Shown: piece by piece, positions 37,242 through 51,490 of the stretch
Layout of the letters: the number at the start of each line of letters is the position of its first letter
Position numbering within the stretch: the stretch's first letter is position 1
Assembly: GCA_003971905.1 (NCBI GenBank)
Contig: RSEE01000174.1
Span: 1 to 51,490 of the forward strand
From: Moniliella sp. 'wahieum'
Taxonomy: Eukaryota
Direction: 5' to 3'
Length of the DNA: 51,490 nucleotides
Translations under genes and position numbers: made by a program
The notes under the pieces: model-generated
What the model saw: only the letters and a program-made list of their open reading frames with translations
What the model was told of the DNA's origin: nothing
The model's database searches: none

Positions 37242-38931
37242 TCACTCCCCACCGCGATTCCTTCTTACGTTGCACATCCGATTTAGTGTGGGTGGAACGC
37301 CAGGTTGGCCAGAGCGCGTTGCGCATCTCGGACGCTGAGCGCGAGCTTGCTCGGCAGCCTCCAGAATCTCCACTTCCTCCTGTGCACATGCAATCGCTTC
37401 CCGAAGCAGAGCCAGTCTCTCCTGCACAGCCGACGGTCGGCTCGGCGGGATCGTAGGGCAGAAGCACAAACGGGATCCTGAAATGGGGGATGAGCGGTAT
37501 TGATGTCAATCGCCAAGGGAGAGACGCAGTTGTGCTTGGAGTCGGACGGGATGGGCTGAACGGGATCCGGATCCAAGGGAGGGGGCGGGACCGGCACAAC
37601 GGGTTGGCCATTGATACTCACAATCCGTCTTGATCTACTACTTCGGTGGCCGACCTGAGACGAGGAGCTCCCCCACGTTCTTTGGGGGTCCGCATCCGCT
37701 CTGTCGTGTGCGCCGGGTTGTAGTTGGGGAAGAGTGTGGCGAGCGTGGGATACCGTTCCCGCGTCTGCCCCTCCTGGGGAGGGAGGATCAATGTAGGCGG
37801 GCGCCGGGGGTGCTTGAACAGCGCGCGAGGTATACCCCCCCGGTCCAGCACCGTGGGGGAGGTAGGAATGTCAGGACGTGCTTCGCCCGAGGGGGAAGGT
37901 ATAGGCAAACTTGTCTTCCTCTGCGAGGGGGAACAACGGGGCTGACAAGTGAGATCTTGCGGGCCCCTCCAGTTTGCCTACGGGTAGGTGGAAAGCCCGA
38001 GGTGCGCGAAGAAAGTGGTCGTGGACGCGCGAGGATGGAACCGGTAGAGTGGCGATTGGGCTGGGCCGAAACAAATTGGGGAAAGCTGATCGAACCTTCT
38101 CCTTCAAGATCTTGCTCAGACAGAGCTGAGAAAAAGCTGTTGTTCCCAACCGTGGAGGTTTCCCAGTCATTCCTTCCCAAGGACGAATCCGTCCGATCCG
38201 ACACGCACACTGACATTGGCACGGACTCGAATTCTGACACTGTTGCTGACTCGGAAGCAGAACGGTAAACCCCTGAAGCGGAGGTCTTTCCCATCCCCCT
38301 ACTCGAAAGAGAAACAAGATCCGTCGTGCTCGTACCATGAGGTGGGGGGATCCAGGGTGAGGTCCAGTAGGTACGGCGAAGGCAAGGTAGCTTGAACGGT
38401 AGGTGCAGGAACAGGCTCTGGGGATGGGATGCGATCAGGGTCCCATCCAGAGCCATCATCCCGCCCAGGACAGGACGAGTCGAACGTGCCCAGGCTTGCC
38501 GATCGTGGGCCACAGACTCGGAGGGGATTGCAACAGACCACGACGGTCTGTTCCGGTGGGAGGCAGTGGAAGATGAGTTGACCCTGTTGGTCCGGCTGTT
38601 CCGTCCCGCTAGACACGGCCAGATCTTCCTCCTCGCCGTTCTGACTTAACGAACAGAAACTTTGTTCCAACCGAAGCATCTGGGCCGCTTCCGGGTTGCC
38701 CCCGTCTTCATCCTCCTCGTCATAGTCCACTGCATCGAAAGGGGAGAGGGCCGACCAGCGGGTCTGCCTCAGATGGGGTGTTGATGGCATGCACACCGAG
38801 GGGGGACAAGCGGAGCGGATGGTGATCCAGCGCCCCAGACAGGAGAGTCGGCGCCTGGGGCACGCACGGAGCAAGGCAGCAGTGCCATGATGGCATACTG
38901 CCCTCTGCGCCCCACTGGGCATGGTGCTCAT
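37242..38931 (-). CDS. Hypothetical Ser/Pro-rich protein with a C-terminal helical segment
   Basis: Overlapping long minus ORFs (283, 241, 96, 127 aa) chain by frameshifts. Acidic tract DYDEEDED and terminal ERLALLREAIACAQEEVEILEAAEQ. No family recognised. Confidence 0.5.
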
Positions 38932-39544
38932 GCGGCTGATTGGGTGGAGTCGGGTTGGAGTGGTGGACGTACGCGCCCCCCACGCGGGAGATGGTGATGG
39001 GGGGGTGAGAGGCGGTACAATACTAATACGCAAAAGCAGGCCCCCTTGGCTGCGCCACGAGAGACCAAAGGGGGACAGAGAGGAGGGGCAGTGGTGGTGG
39101 GGGCGACGAGGGGCGGGCGCAACTTGCCGGAGCGATTGGATGTGCTCCATGGGCAGGCAGTGTGCGGGTGGATAATGGGTGCGCCTGTCTATCTATCTAT
39201 CTATCTACCTACTGCTGGGATCTGTGTGCCTCCCCCGCACTCTCCTTTTCCGGCAAGAGTAGCAAGTGTGCCCAGCGCGACGCATCATGCATCAGGCATC
39301 ATGCATCGCCCATCCTGCTCCAGTGGTCGAAGTGTGGTTCCGCCTCGGGGCGGAATAGGCGCGGCACTGCTTACCTCACGCCCGCCACGCCCCCCCTAAT
39401 GGCTGCTGCTGCCGTGGATTGTGGTTGGGCGTGCCATCACCACCGCCACCGTTTCTGCTGTTGCTGCTTGCGTGTTGCCTGCCTGTGCCTGCCCCCGCAG
39501 TGTGCCTACTGTCTCCGTCTCTTGGTTCCTTGGCAGCGTCCCCA

Positions 39545-41558
<2,014 letters not shown>

Positions 41559-42119
41559 AAATGTGCTTGCTGTGGATGGATATCTGTGTAGTTGAGAAAT
41601 ACGATATGCTTCAGGTAGGACACTACTACTTCAATATGACATGAACATGAGGAGAGCGCCTGCCAGCAGGTAAGATGAGGGCGGGGGAGGGGGGCTGTAG
41701 ATGAGGCGGTTTTAAAGGCAGCTGCATGATCATGATGGTAACCGCTGTGCGAGCGGGGACGAGCTATTTCCTATCTACTAGCTATGCGAGCTCGCATGTA
41801 TGCAGGAAAGCAGGAAAGCGTACTATGAGGGTGCGAGCCAGGTTGGATGCGTTTGTGCATGCAGTGCGATCCAATTTGATGTCCACAGAAAACCAATACG
41901 CGACTGGGAATATGCTGCAACAGGACAGGCGACTCGTGCGGGAGCAAGGCGAGCAGAGGAGCCAGGTGCCGAGCAGAACCCGGCTTTTGCGATGAAGAAT
42001 GAGCGTGAGGGAGCAGGAGGAAAGTAAGAGGGGCAGCAAGTGTGAACCAGGCCACGGCGAGTATGGTATGGGAGGAGGATGAGGATGAAGGGGGGGGGGG
42101 AGGGGGGAAGTGATGACGT

Positions 42120-43197
42120 CTAGTTGTCAAACGTCATCTTCTTGCCCCCACTACGGCCGCCAAACCCACCCCGTCCACCGCCACGGCCGCCAAACCCACC
42201 GCGGCCCGCACCACGTCCACGCCCGCCAAACCCGCCGCGGCCACCGCCGTTGCCCCCTCGCGGTTACGGGAGGAGCATAGTCCAAGCGAATGGGACGACC
42301 CTTGATGTCGGCGCCGTTGAGAGGGCGAGCGCTGCCGTTGCCTCGTCGACCGAGCCAAACTCAACGTAAGCAAAGCCCTTGGGCTTGCCCGAGTTCATGT
42401 CGGTCGGCAAGCGGACGCTGGCTACCGAGCCGTGCTGGCCAAACGCGTCGCGCAGGTCACTCTCCTCGGCGGACCAGGCCAAGCCACCAACAAAGAGGGT
42501 GGCAGAAGGGTCGGAGGCAGGACGGCGGTTGTCGCGCTTCTCGCGCGGCTGGGCGGGGTCACGCGGAGCACGTTGGGTGGCAAAGTCGACTCGGATCGCA
42601 CGACCGTCCACCTCGTGACCTTGCATCGTCTCTACCGCCTTCTTGGCCTCGGCAGCCGAGGAAAACTCAACGTAGCCAAAGCCGCGAGAACGGTGCGAGT
42701 CGCGGTCCATCTGCACCCGCGCCGCCTTGACCGTGCCCACGTCGGCAAAGATCCGCCCAAGCCACTCGTCATCCACGTTCCACGACAGCTGGCCAACAAA
42801 GATGTTGGCCGGCTCGGCATCGGCATCGGTAGCTGCGTTGGTAGCGGGTGAGTCGTGCTCAGTGACCTTGGCGTCGTCTTGTTGCTGCTCTCCTCCTCCG
42901 CCTTGTCCTCCGCCTTGCGCTTCTTGGACTCGGACTCGGACTCGGAAACCGACGCGTCCGAGGCAGTCTCGGCCGACTCCTCCGAAGCAGGCGAGCAACT
43001 TGGTCTCCTCCTCCGATACGTCGCTGGCCTCCTTGTCAGCTCGGAGGGGGCCTCGGTCTTGCTCTTCTTGCTCTTCTTGCTGGCCTTGTCGGTCTTCTTG
43101 TCGGCCTTGGCCTTCTTGTCGGCCTTCTTGGCAGCCTTCTTGAGGGCCTTGTCGTCCTGGACCGGGTGGCGGTGGCGGTAACGTCCTTCTTGCCCAT
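42120..43197 (-). CDS. NSR1: Nucleolin-like nucleolar protein (Nsr1/Gar2)
   Basis: K-rich and S/D/E-rich N-terminus, two RRMs (IFVGQLSWNVD..RSRGFGYVEF and LFVGGLAW..KPKGFAYVEF), RGG/GGFGG tail ending GKKMTFDN*. Confidence 0.96.
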
Positions 43198-43268
43198 GAT
43201 GGTTCTCGAGCGAAATGGAAAGGTGGGGTGGAGGTGAGCAGCAGGGACAGCCGTGAGGCCGCGCGTGG

Positions 43269-43490
43269 TTTATATGCGGGTGCAAGGGCCATCCAACAGG
43301 CCCGCAGGAAAAAATTAGGATCGGTTCAACTCGAAACTTTGACCTCTTGTTGCGGGGGGGGTGCAAGTTGCAATGTTTCCATGCGGATGGAATTGAAATT
43401 GAGATAACCCCACAAAAGAGGCCCGCTGCGCCGCACTCATAGAAGGGCCGGCTTGAAGCTTGACGATCAACGCCTAAGGATGGAGATGAG
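43269..43490 (-). promoter_or_regulatory. NSR1 promoter with TATAAA, an RRPE-like A-tract and a PAC-like motif
   Basis: TATAAA on the minus strand at 43269-43274; GAAAAAATT at 43308-43316; GAGATGAG at 43483-43490. These are short motifs, and the RRPE/PAC assignment is by analogy to yeast. Confidence 0.4.
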
Positions 43491-44386
43491 CGGATGGAGC
43501 GAGCCCCTCGCATGTGCTTTCTGGAGCTGTGTGTGGCCAGGCGCGGGGTGTGGTCTGTGCGAAGGGGCTGGCCCGCAGCGGCCGAGATGCCGCTGGCGAG
43601 CGCCGACAAAAAACAGAAAAAGAGCCCCCCGTCAGGAGGAGCACAGGCGCACGCCGACGGGCATCAGGGCAGGCAGCCGCACGTGACCAGCAGGTAACCC
43701 AATGGTTACTCGAGGGAGAGGGCACGGGGAGAATGCATCATGCTCGGGCGAATGCTCCGGCTGCGGCAGGGCTGCAGGGGACGATCAGAGGGGGTGCTGT
43801 GCATCTGCTCACACACGGGCGCCGCCCTCCCACGGCCCATGGCAGCTGGACCGCGTCGATCGCTGCGAGGGAGCCGGCAGGCGGTAGGAGCGCATCAGCT
43901 CAGCAGCCGCACCGTGACAGTGGCGCCGTGCTGCCCCTGCCGGCTGGCTGCATGCATGCCCCCCAGCGGAGCAGGTCCGACGCCCACCACCGCCAATTGT
44001 ATAAGCGAGCGGCCAACATCGGCTATATCGAGCAGGCAAGCAAGCGGCCGCAGCATTCTGCCGTCCCCGACGCAGGGGGGGCGGGGTTGGGGGGGCGCGG
44101 TGCAGGCGCAGGCGCAGGCACACGCTCAGGTACAGGTACAGTGGCCCACACCACCCGCCGCACGCACAGCACAGCACACAGCCGCCGCGCGCACTCGACT
44201 GCATACGCTCTGGTTGTGTTGTACAGCGCCATGAACAGAACAGAGGTGCATCCCCTCCGCTGCGCCTTATAACCCCTGCACCTGCCGGCCCCCTTCGGTT
44301 CCCCCCACCCCTCCCCCCTCCTCCCACAGCACGACCTTCTTTCCCCGCCTCACTCCTTCTGGCCCGCCCCAACCGCTCCTCCTCTC

Positions 44387-47300
44387 ATGCTGCTCCCTCA
44401 CCCCCTCCTCCGCGCCGGCGCCCTCGCCCTCGCCCTCGGCCTCAGTGCTGCTCCTCCCCTCCTCGCCGTTCCCATCCAGGGCCAGGTCCGTGCCCCGCCC
44501 GGCGCTGCCCTCCTCTACCCGGCCAAGCAGGCACGCGCCCCTCGCCCGGCGACGACGACTACACTGCTCCCCGCGTCGGCGGCATCAAACCCCCCAATGG
44601 CTACATTGCTCGCAGCGACGACATCAGGAACGCCGTTCCAGGTGGTGATGATGACAAGCCCAGCGTTAGCTACCTTTCACGAGCGAAGATCTGCACGACG
44701 CTGTCTCAGACGGTAGTGACTCTGACGATTCTATGGCGATTCTTCGTTTACAAACGCAGCGAAGATCTGAGGAACGCTGTACCGGAGGAGGTGACGACGA
44801 CTCCTATGGCGATTCCTTCCTTGAAAAACGCAGCGAAGATCTGGACTACACTGTACCGCGCATCGGCGGTCTTAAGCCGTCCAATGGCTACATCGTCCGC
44901 TCTCCGGACCCATCCAGGGCCCCTCGTCGGAGGTGACTCGCCCGCGATGGGCTTTGTCACACGCCAAATTGTCGACCCCAGATCTACAACGAGTCCAACT
45001 TTCCCGTTGCCGACAAGGAGTTCAACCTCACCGTTACCCGCGACTGGTATGCCCCAGGTACGTATCACTATATGCACTCCTTTTCCTTCTCCTTTACGTT
45101 CTTCTTCGCCTTCTACCCCTTATTCCAGTGTGGAGGCGATGTTTCTGACTCGGGAGATTGCGCATACACAGACGGCTATGGACGCATTCACTATCTGATC
45201 AATGGCCAATACCCCGGACCTCTTCTCATGTGGGACGAGAACGATTGGGTAAAGGTCCAAGTGACCAACAACTGCAGCAACCCGTTCACGATGCACTGGC
45301 ATGGCATCTGGCAAGTCGGCACTCCCCATGGACGGTGTGCCGGCGTCAACCAGTGGAACATCCCGTCGGCGAGACATACGTCTACTACTTCCAGCTGCTG
45401 AAGCAACACGGCGCCTACTGGGCACACCCACACTCAAGTACGTTTCTCTCTCTCCTAGAGTCTCGATCGCCACATCCTCTCTGTGCTGCCTCGCTTTGGT
45501 TCCTCCTCCTTCCCCTCCCCCCCAAAAAGAAAAGCATCACTAACTCCCGTTTGGTTTTCTTGATTAACCACGGCAGGGCTACTACTCTGATGGTCTGCGT
45601 CTGCCCATTTACATTCGTCCCAAGGCCGGTACCAAGAAGCCATGGTCTCTCATTTCAAACAACAGCAACGACATTGCCGCGATGGAAGCAGCTGAGCAAA
45701 ACTTTGGCCTCAACTGGCGTACCGACGAATGCATGTGACGCCGAGAGATGGAGCTCAACGTACATGCCACGGGTGTCCCGCCTGCATGCATGGACGCACT
45801 CCTGACCAATGGCGGGGCCGTCAGTTTCGCTTTAAAACTGGACCGCTGTCGCCCAGCCGGTGGAATCGATCCTGTACAACGCCAACAAGGACATCAACAA
45901 CGGCTGGTCGTCCAAGGGATGCATTTCGCTCGTCAAGGCCAAGCCTGGCTTTGACTCGGTCAAAGTCTTTGACCAATACTATGGCGGAAAGTGCCAAAAC
46001 ACGACGGCTCCCATCACTGTGTACAATGCCGGTGCGGCGCTCAAGGCCGGACGGAGGTACTTCAACCTGCAGGTGATTGAAGCTACGACCAATTGGTTTG
46101 ACGGATTCAGTGTCGACACCACAACGTTTGGCTCGTCGCCGTCGACGACAATATGTGATTCCCAATTGATTCAATTTGCTCAGCTCACCATCGGAAGCCG
46201 GCTAAGCTTCATGATTGAGCTCGACAAGAGCAAGGCCTACAAGGACTGGCCCATCCGCTTTACGGGTGTGCGTGCGTTGCAGCAATCGAAGGTTACGCCC
46301 TCTTGTCCTACAATGAGACGGCTGGCGACACGGTGGACTTCAGTGTGGACGAGGGCTTCAAGCACTTGACTGACCGGGTCAACGCCTCCGTCACATTGGG
46401 TGGTCTGGTCAACAAGACGGCACTGGAATGGGTTCAGGCAGAGGACGAACCGTTTGACCTGGAGTGGAAGGTGCCTCAACGTCCAATGTTACCCTGCATG
46501 CATTTGCGGCACAGAACTCGCTCAACGTGTGGCAGGTGGCTGAACAGCCGTTGAGCACGGTCAAGGCAGACAGCATTCAGCCAGTCATGTTCCAACTGCT
46601 TAACAACGGTGGCGATATCTCCAAGATCAACACGACCATGCTTCCTCTCAGCCCCAAGATCCCGATGGGCGCCGTGGTCGATATCGTGATTCACAACCCA
46701 GCTCTCTCCATTGTCGGCAAGAGTAACAGTCCGCACCCGTTCCATCTCCACGGCCACAAGTTCTGGGTCATCAAGGCTGCCACGGGTCCCTTCACCTACG
46801 ATACGGTGGCTGATGCGATGAAGGGTGGACTCAACTTTTCCTTGGTCAACCCTCCGTTCCGTGACGGGTTTGATGTGACGAATGACGGGCTATGCTATCA
46901 TCCGCTACATTGCGGGTGTGGCCCCAACCTCCTTCACTGCCACATTGGTACGTCTCCCCCCCTCCCCCCCTATTGTGTTCCCACTCTTGGTTCGCTCGTT
47001 TTACTGACACTTTCTCATTTCTGCACACAGACACCACTTGGTCCAGGGGATGGCCTCTGTCTTGCTTGAAGGCTTGGACCAAATCCCTCAAGGTGCCTTT
47101 GCGGCAAAATATACGGACAAGCCCAACAACTGGCGCGAGACGAACCAGGAGCCTGTCCCGATCGAGCTGGACAAGAGCTGGAACACGGCCATCGTTAACG
47201 ACCTGATCTACCCCCACTGTCAACCCAAGCAACCCTTGGGGCGACCTCGTGTGGAAGGCCAGTCGGCCCAAAGCCTGGCGTCCAAGGTCTGTGTCGCTCA

Positions 47301-47431
47301 ACCACTCGGCCATCTCGGCTCTGTCGGTCGCCTCAAACGGCCAAGCCGACAACCCACCGGAGTACACGTACATCAACCCCATTGCCGCCCGCAACACGAT
47401 GTGCAAGGCCGCGACCAAGTTGGCGGTGTAA
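44387..47431 (+). CDS. Secreted multicopper oxidase (laccase-like, AA1) with a repeat-containing N-terminal pro-region
   Basis: Signal peptide, INGQYPGP, HWHG, YWAHPH, PHPFHLHGHKF, NPPFRD and LLHCHI|D(T)HLVQGM (Met axial ligand after one frameshift correction). Introns start near 45058, 45438 and 46948. Confidence 0.96.
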
Positions 47432-48393
47432 AGCAAGGTATATGCTGTCTATGTCTCTTCTTCCGCCAATTCCCCTCCCCTTCTCGCTCTTTCCAAGGGA
47501 GACTACATTCTCCTGTCATGTTCCCACCCCTTTTGTCCTGCTTTCCTTCTCTCTACGTGTTCCATGTTTGATAACACTTTTTCTTCCAATCGGCTCTTGC
47601 ACATTCTATCGTTGGTGCCTCGTCATCGTCATGTGCAGGATGCGATGATGCGATGGAACGGTGAAGCGCATGACGCTGTCGTTTTGGTGGGATGGGGATG
47701 GGGGGTGAGGGTTGCATTTCAGTTCCTCTTGCATCCAATCCGTCCCTATCAAGGGGCATATCATGCTTGCCTGCTCCCTCCCTTTCCCCTACGCCCACCC
47801 CCAGGCCCACCCCCACCCTAACGTTGTTTTTTCGCCCACCCCATTATGTTCATTTTTTCCATCTCACTGTTGGGGGCGTTGCACAGACTAGCATATATGG
47901 TGGTCTGCTGCGGCCTTCCTGGCTGTTGAGCTTATGAATTGTTTCTTCTTTCGTCTTGGTGGGACGGATTTGGACAGAGATAGAAGTAGAAGGCAGGTCT
48001 TGATCTTTTGGAAAGGGGGGAAGCGCGCCCCCCATCCGCGCTGCGGGCTAGAATGCGTGGTTAACAGCCAGCGGAGAAGCAGATGCTAAGCGCTTCCCTT
48101 AGTACTATAGCCCATGGGTACTAGTAAGGCCAGTAAGTGTGCTATACTTGTTGCATCGGCTCACTTGCTTTGGCTGGCGTCTTACCCTTCTGGCGTGAGC
48201 GCCCATTCCGGATGATTGCTGCGTGCCAACCCAGGCCCACTATGGCGCTACACAGGGCAAAAGAAGAAGAGCAAACGAAAGAAAAAGTCCGTACAGTAAC
48301 TACTTGTCCTTGTAGGCCAACCTCCTAGCCTCGGGCGCACTTCTGATCGCCCATCGAGCTCACCCCAGCGCACAATACTACTAGTAGCCAGTT

Positions 48394-50252
48394 TCACGCA
48401 CCAGCCCACCCACACCGCTTGCGAACCAGCCTTCGTTCTTTTAGTACAGGTTCGGCTTGGAAGCCTCTTCCTCCCACGCCCCGTCGTAGTTGGCCGTAAA
48501 GAGGAACGGGAGAAGCAAGTAGCACAGCGCGACTGCGCCGCAGGAGCCGCCCAAGAGGGAGCGTGCCATGGTCTTGTGTTGGGCGTGGCGAATTTATGCA
48601 ACCCAGTCGAGTTGGTATGGTTGGTGTGGTTGTGATGGATGTGGTGTGCTTGTCTCCTGGGTTGGTCACATTAGTAAGCCAGGGATTGCGTTGGTGCAGC
48701 CCGTCCCAAAAGAGTCGCTGGAGGGACATGTTGGCGGTGTACATGCCGTAGTCCTGGTGGGTCATGTTGGCAATAAAGTCGGCGGTATGTGTGGGCGGGA
48801 AACCACCTGGGAAATCGTTGCCGAGAGACATGATAAACTTGGAGCCACGGTCCAAATGGTTAAAACCTTGCCACATTGCCGGCGCGGCTGTCACGCCAGC
48901 TCCAACGTCCATCAAGGCCAAGCCGTAACCTACTGTGCGGTTGCGGTACCGGTCCGCGACCAAGCTTCCGTTTTGTGCTACCACGTCGCGTCGCGCATAC
49001 GACGGCACTTTGGTCGTGTTTTGGTGGATCCCATATGGCCATTGGTCGTACGTGTCGGCGGCTGAGGAGTTGGTGTTGGGACGTTGGGAGGTAAGGTAAG
49101 CCCAGCTACCGGGGTTGCCAATCCAAAAGCGGACATTGGGATCGTACGCCTTGGTCTTTTTCAGCACGGCGTATCGTTGTGCACCTTGTCCTCCGAGGGA
49201 ATGGCCAGCGACAACGACTTGGTTCAGCATGGGAAAGGTAGTGTTGAGAAACAACTGGTCCAGCAGTTGGTCCATGGCCAAAAAGGAGCTGATCGAATGC
49301 TTCATCACAGGGTTCTTGTTCGACCCACCCTGTTGCCAATACGAGTTGTTGAAACACAGGTACTGAGGCTTGCATGCGCCCGCTTGCAGATCTTGCATGT
49401 TGAGAAACACGGGCGCTACAATTCCCACACTGGCATTGGTCAACTTCCAGTCGGCCCAGGGCTGGATCCCTTTCCCACCCTGGATCACAGGATGTTGCGT
49501 GCGTTCAGCATGAAGTTGGCGTAGTTCCATACATCTCGCGGCTGGACCGGCAGAATTCAAGTAAGCAAGCAAAAAGCGAGCATTATGTACTTGTGGTCAG
49601 CCACCCCCTCCCCCTTTTAAGCAACACCGAAGCATACGGTACGTACTTTGCCTGGAAGGACGACGATGAACCGTTCCACGGTCGCGGGGTTATCGACGGC
49701 CATGTAATACGGAAAGATAGCCGACTCGTTGTTGAACCGGTTTCGAGACGCGGAAGGTATCATTAAATGTGAACCCTTGAATCTGGGGCAGTTGCTGCCA
49801 CCCTCCCTGCTCGGACCCATTGACATTAGGATCAGCCGTGACGGGAATCATGTTGTTCCAAGGGTACTGTTGGCCATCACTACCAATCAGCTGGCCAGGC
49901 ACGTTGGCCAGGTTCCCATTCGCACCCGTCTGAACTCCTGGAATGTTATCGGCAGCCTGGGCGGCCTGGACATAGTTGCCCTGCAGCGCGTCCTGCACCG
50001 CCGGAGCTTGGTTGGCGTCCGTGGGCGTAAACGCCTGCGATCCCTGGCGCCGGTCGAGCGGAGCGCGGGCGGACAGCTGAAACCCATCTTTTTTCCCACT
50101 CCATGGGAGGAGACAGACGCAGACGCAGACACAACAGAGGGAGTGAACGTGACCACCAGCAGAGTGGCAGCCGCAGACAAAAGGAGGGTAAGCGCGCGGG
50201 CGGCGCTGATGTTGGCCCGCCGCGGGGATGGTTGTGGGTGGTGCACAAGCAT
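48394..50252 (-). CDS. Secreted or membrane-anchored alpha/beta-hydrolase-fold protein
   Basis: N-terminal hydrophobic segment, FIVVLPGK|intron, WQQGG, ISSFLAMDQLL..FPMLNQVVVAGHSLGGQGAQRYA, WIGNPGSWAYL, YDQWPYG, THQDY and a frameshifted C-terminal TM segment. Confidence 0.85.
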
Positions 50253-51334
50253 ATCACAAAGGGAGGGGAGAAGACCCGCAAGGGTGATGGTGGTGGTGTG
50301 GTGGTGGTGGTGGGAATGGCAGTGGTGGTGATGGCGTTTTTTCGTCGCGTGGCAGCCCCGAGAGAGAAAAAGCGGGAGGCGCAGACGTGCTGATCTGGGT
50401 GGCAATGGGCGTGCCAGTTGTCAGTTGTCAGTCGTCCGTAAGTACGAAGTGGTCGCTGTCTGGGCTACCTTACTGCGTGGCGGGCCAAACCCAATGGGAT
50501 GTGGAGCGAGCACCGAGCGTCGCAAGCGATCCCACGCTGAGCCGTGCGGGCGAGCAGACGTGCACACTGCCCCCGTAGCTACGCGTAGCTACGCCCCCCA
50601 CCTGCTCGCACGCTCGCTCGCACAACCACTCCCCCCGTGCCTGCTTCTTGCACAAGCACGCTCTGCCTCGTCCCGGCTCCTGCAGCGGCAGTACACTGTG
50701 CCCGTGCGTCTGCTGGGCTGTAGTCATCCATCACCGATCGTCAGCCGCCGATCTCCGCTCGCCCTTGAAGCTTGACGCTTGAAGCTCGAAGCTGACGCTT
50801 GAAGCTCGAAGCTTGACGCTTTGTTACGCCACAGGCCGTAGGATGCAACTGCGACGGCGCAGTGCTTCTGCCCCCTTGCGCCGTTTGTAGGCTAATTGTT
50901 AAAGGGCTCCGCGCTCCACATGCACTGGACTGAGTTATGGATTGGCCAATGATTAATGATGGCTGATCCTCTGGCCGACTGATCGCTCCGACGCTCCAAC
51001 GCTCCGATCTCAGACGGCCTCATTAATCATCAACAACCACCACTGCAGCGCAGGAAATGTGGGAGGAAGCTGGTCTGGATAATACTAGGATTGGCGCGCG
51101 CACATCTGCAGCGATGCCACCATTGCCGCTTTCCAACTCATGGCTCCATCTGAGGACTCGGTACTCGCTACTGAGACTCAGTACTCAATCCTCAGTTGAA
51201 CGTTGATAATCATTGCCCATTTCGGTCCCGGGTACCGGTTGAACCCTCCCTGAAGGTTGAAGGTTGAAGCTCGAAGACCGGACAGGACTGGTGGATGCCA
51301 GGGTGGCAGGCGACGGCAAGGCACGCACGCATAC

Positions 51335-51363
51335 AGGTAGGTAGGTAGGTAGGTAGGTAGGTA
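51335..51363. repeat. (AGGT)n microsatellite, about 7 copies
   Basis: Directly visible. Confidence 0.97.
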
Positions 51364-51490
51364 GTAAGATAAGACACTACGATGACAACCCCCGCCCCGG
51401 CCAAGCCCGTAACGCATAACCTTGCTTGCAAACGTGGGGAAAGAACCAAAAACGAAGCGAAACGAAACGAAGCCAAGCCAAGCGCATGTT

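Overview
Gene-dense, intron-containing (GT..CTRAC..YAG) fungal nuclear DNA, most likely a basidiomycete of the smut lineage (inference from a bE-type homeodomain and the poly(A) polymerase). Single-base frameshifts hit even essential genes, which points to unpolished long-read error rather than pseudogenisation, so all gene models below were stitched across frames and their coordinates are approximate. Left to right: a terminal ~17-copy 40-bp hairpin-rich array and degenerate CCCTAA repeats; a DUF3712 protein; a half-length OPT transporter; a PLP-dependent Cys/Met enzyme; a small Gag-integrase element between diverged direct repeats; a protein with two WRKY/MULE-like zinc fingers and a possible Myb domain; a decayed Ty3/gypsy element; an MFS transporter; a partnerless bE-like HD1 gene; two alpha/beta hydrolases; a CipC-like gene; a LURP-one/Tubby-C-like gene; poly(A) polymerase; Nsr1/nucleolin; and a multicopper oxidase. 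Most unusual: (1) 7-bp arrays with a fixed TNA spacer but interchangeable palindromic cores upstream of most genes, (2) the terminal triple-mini-hairpin array with a flipped loop in its innermost copies, (3) Kex2-like Tyr/Asp-rich peptide repeats fused in front of the multicopper oxidase, (4) the solo HD1 gene.
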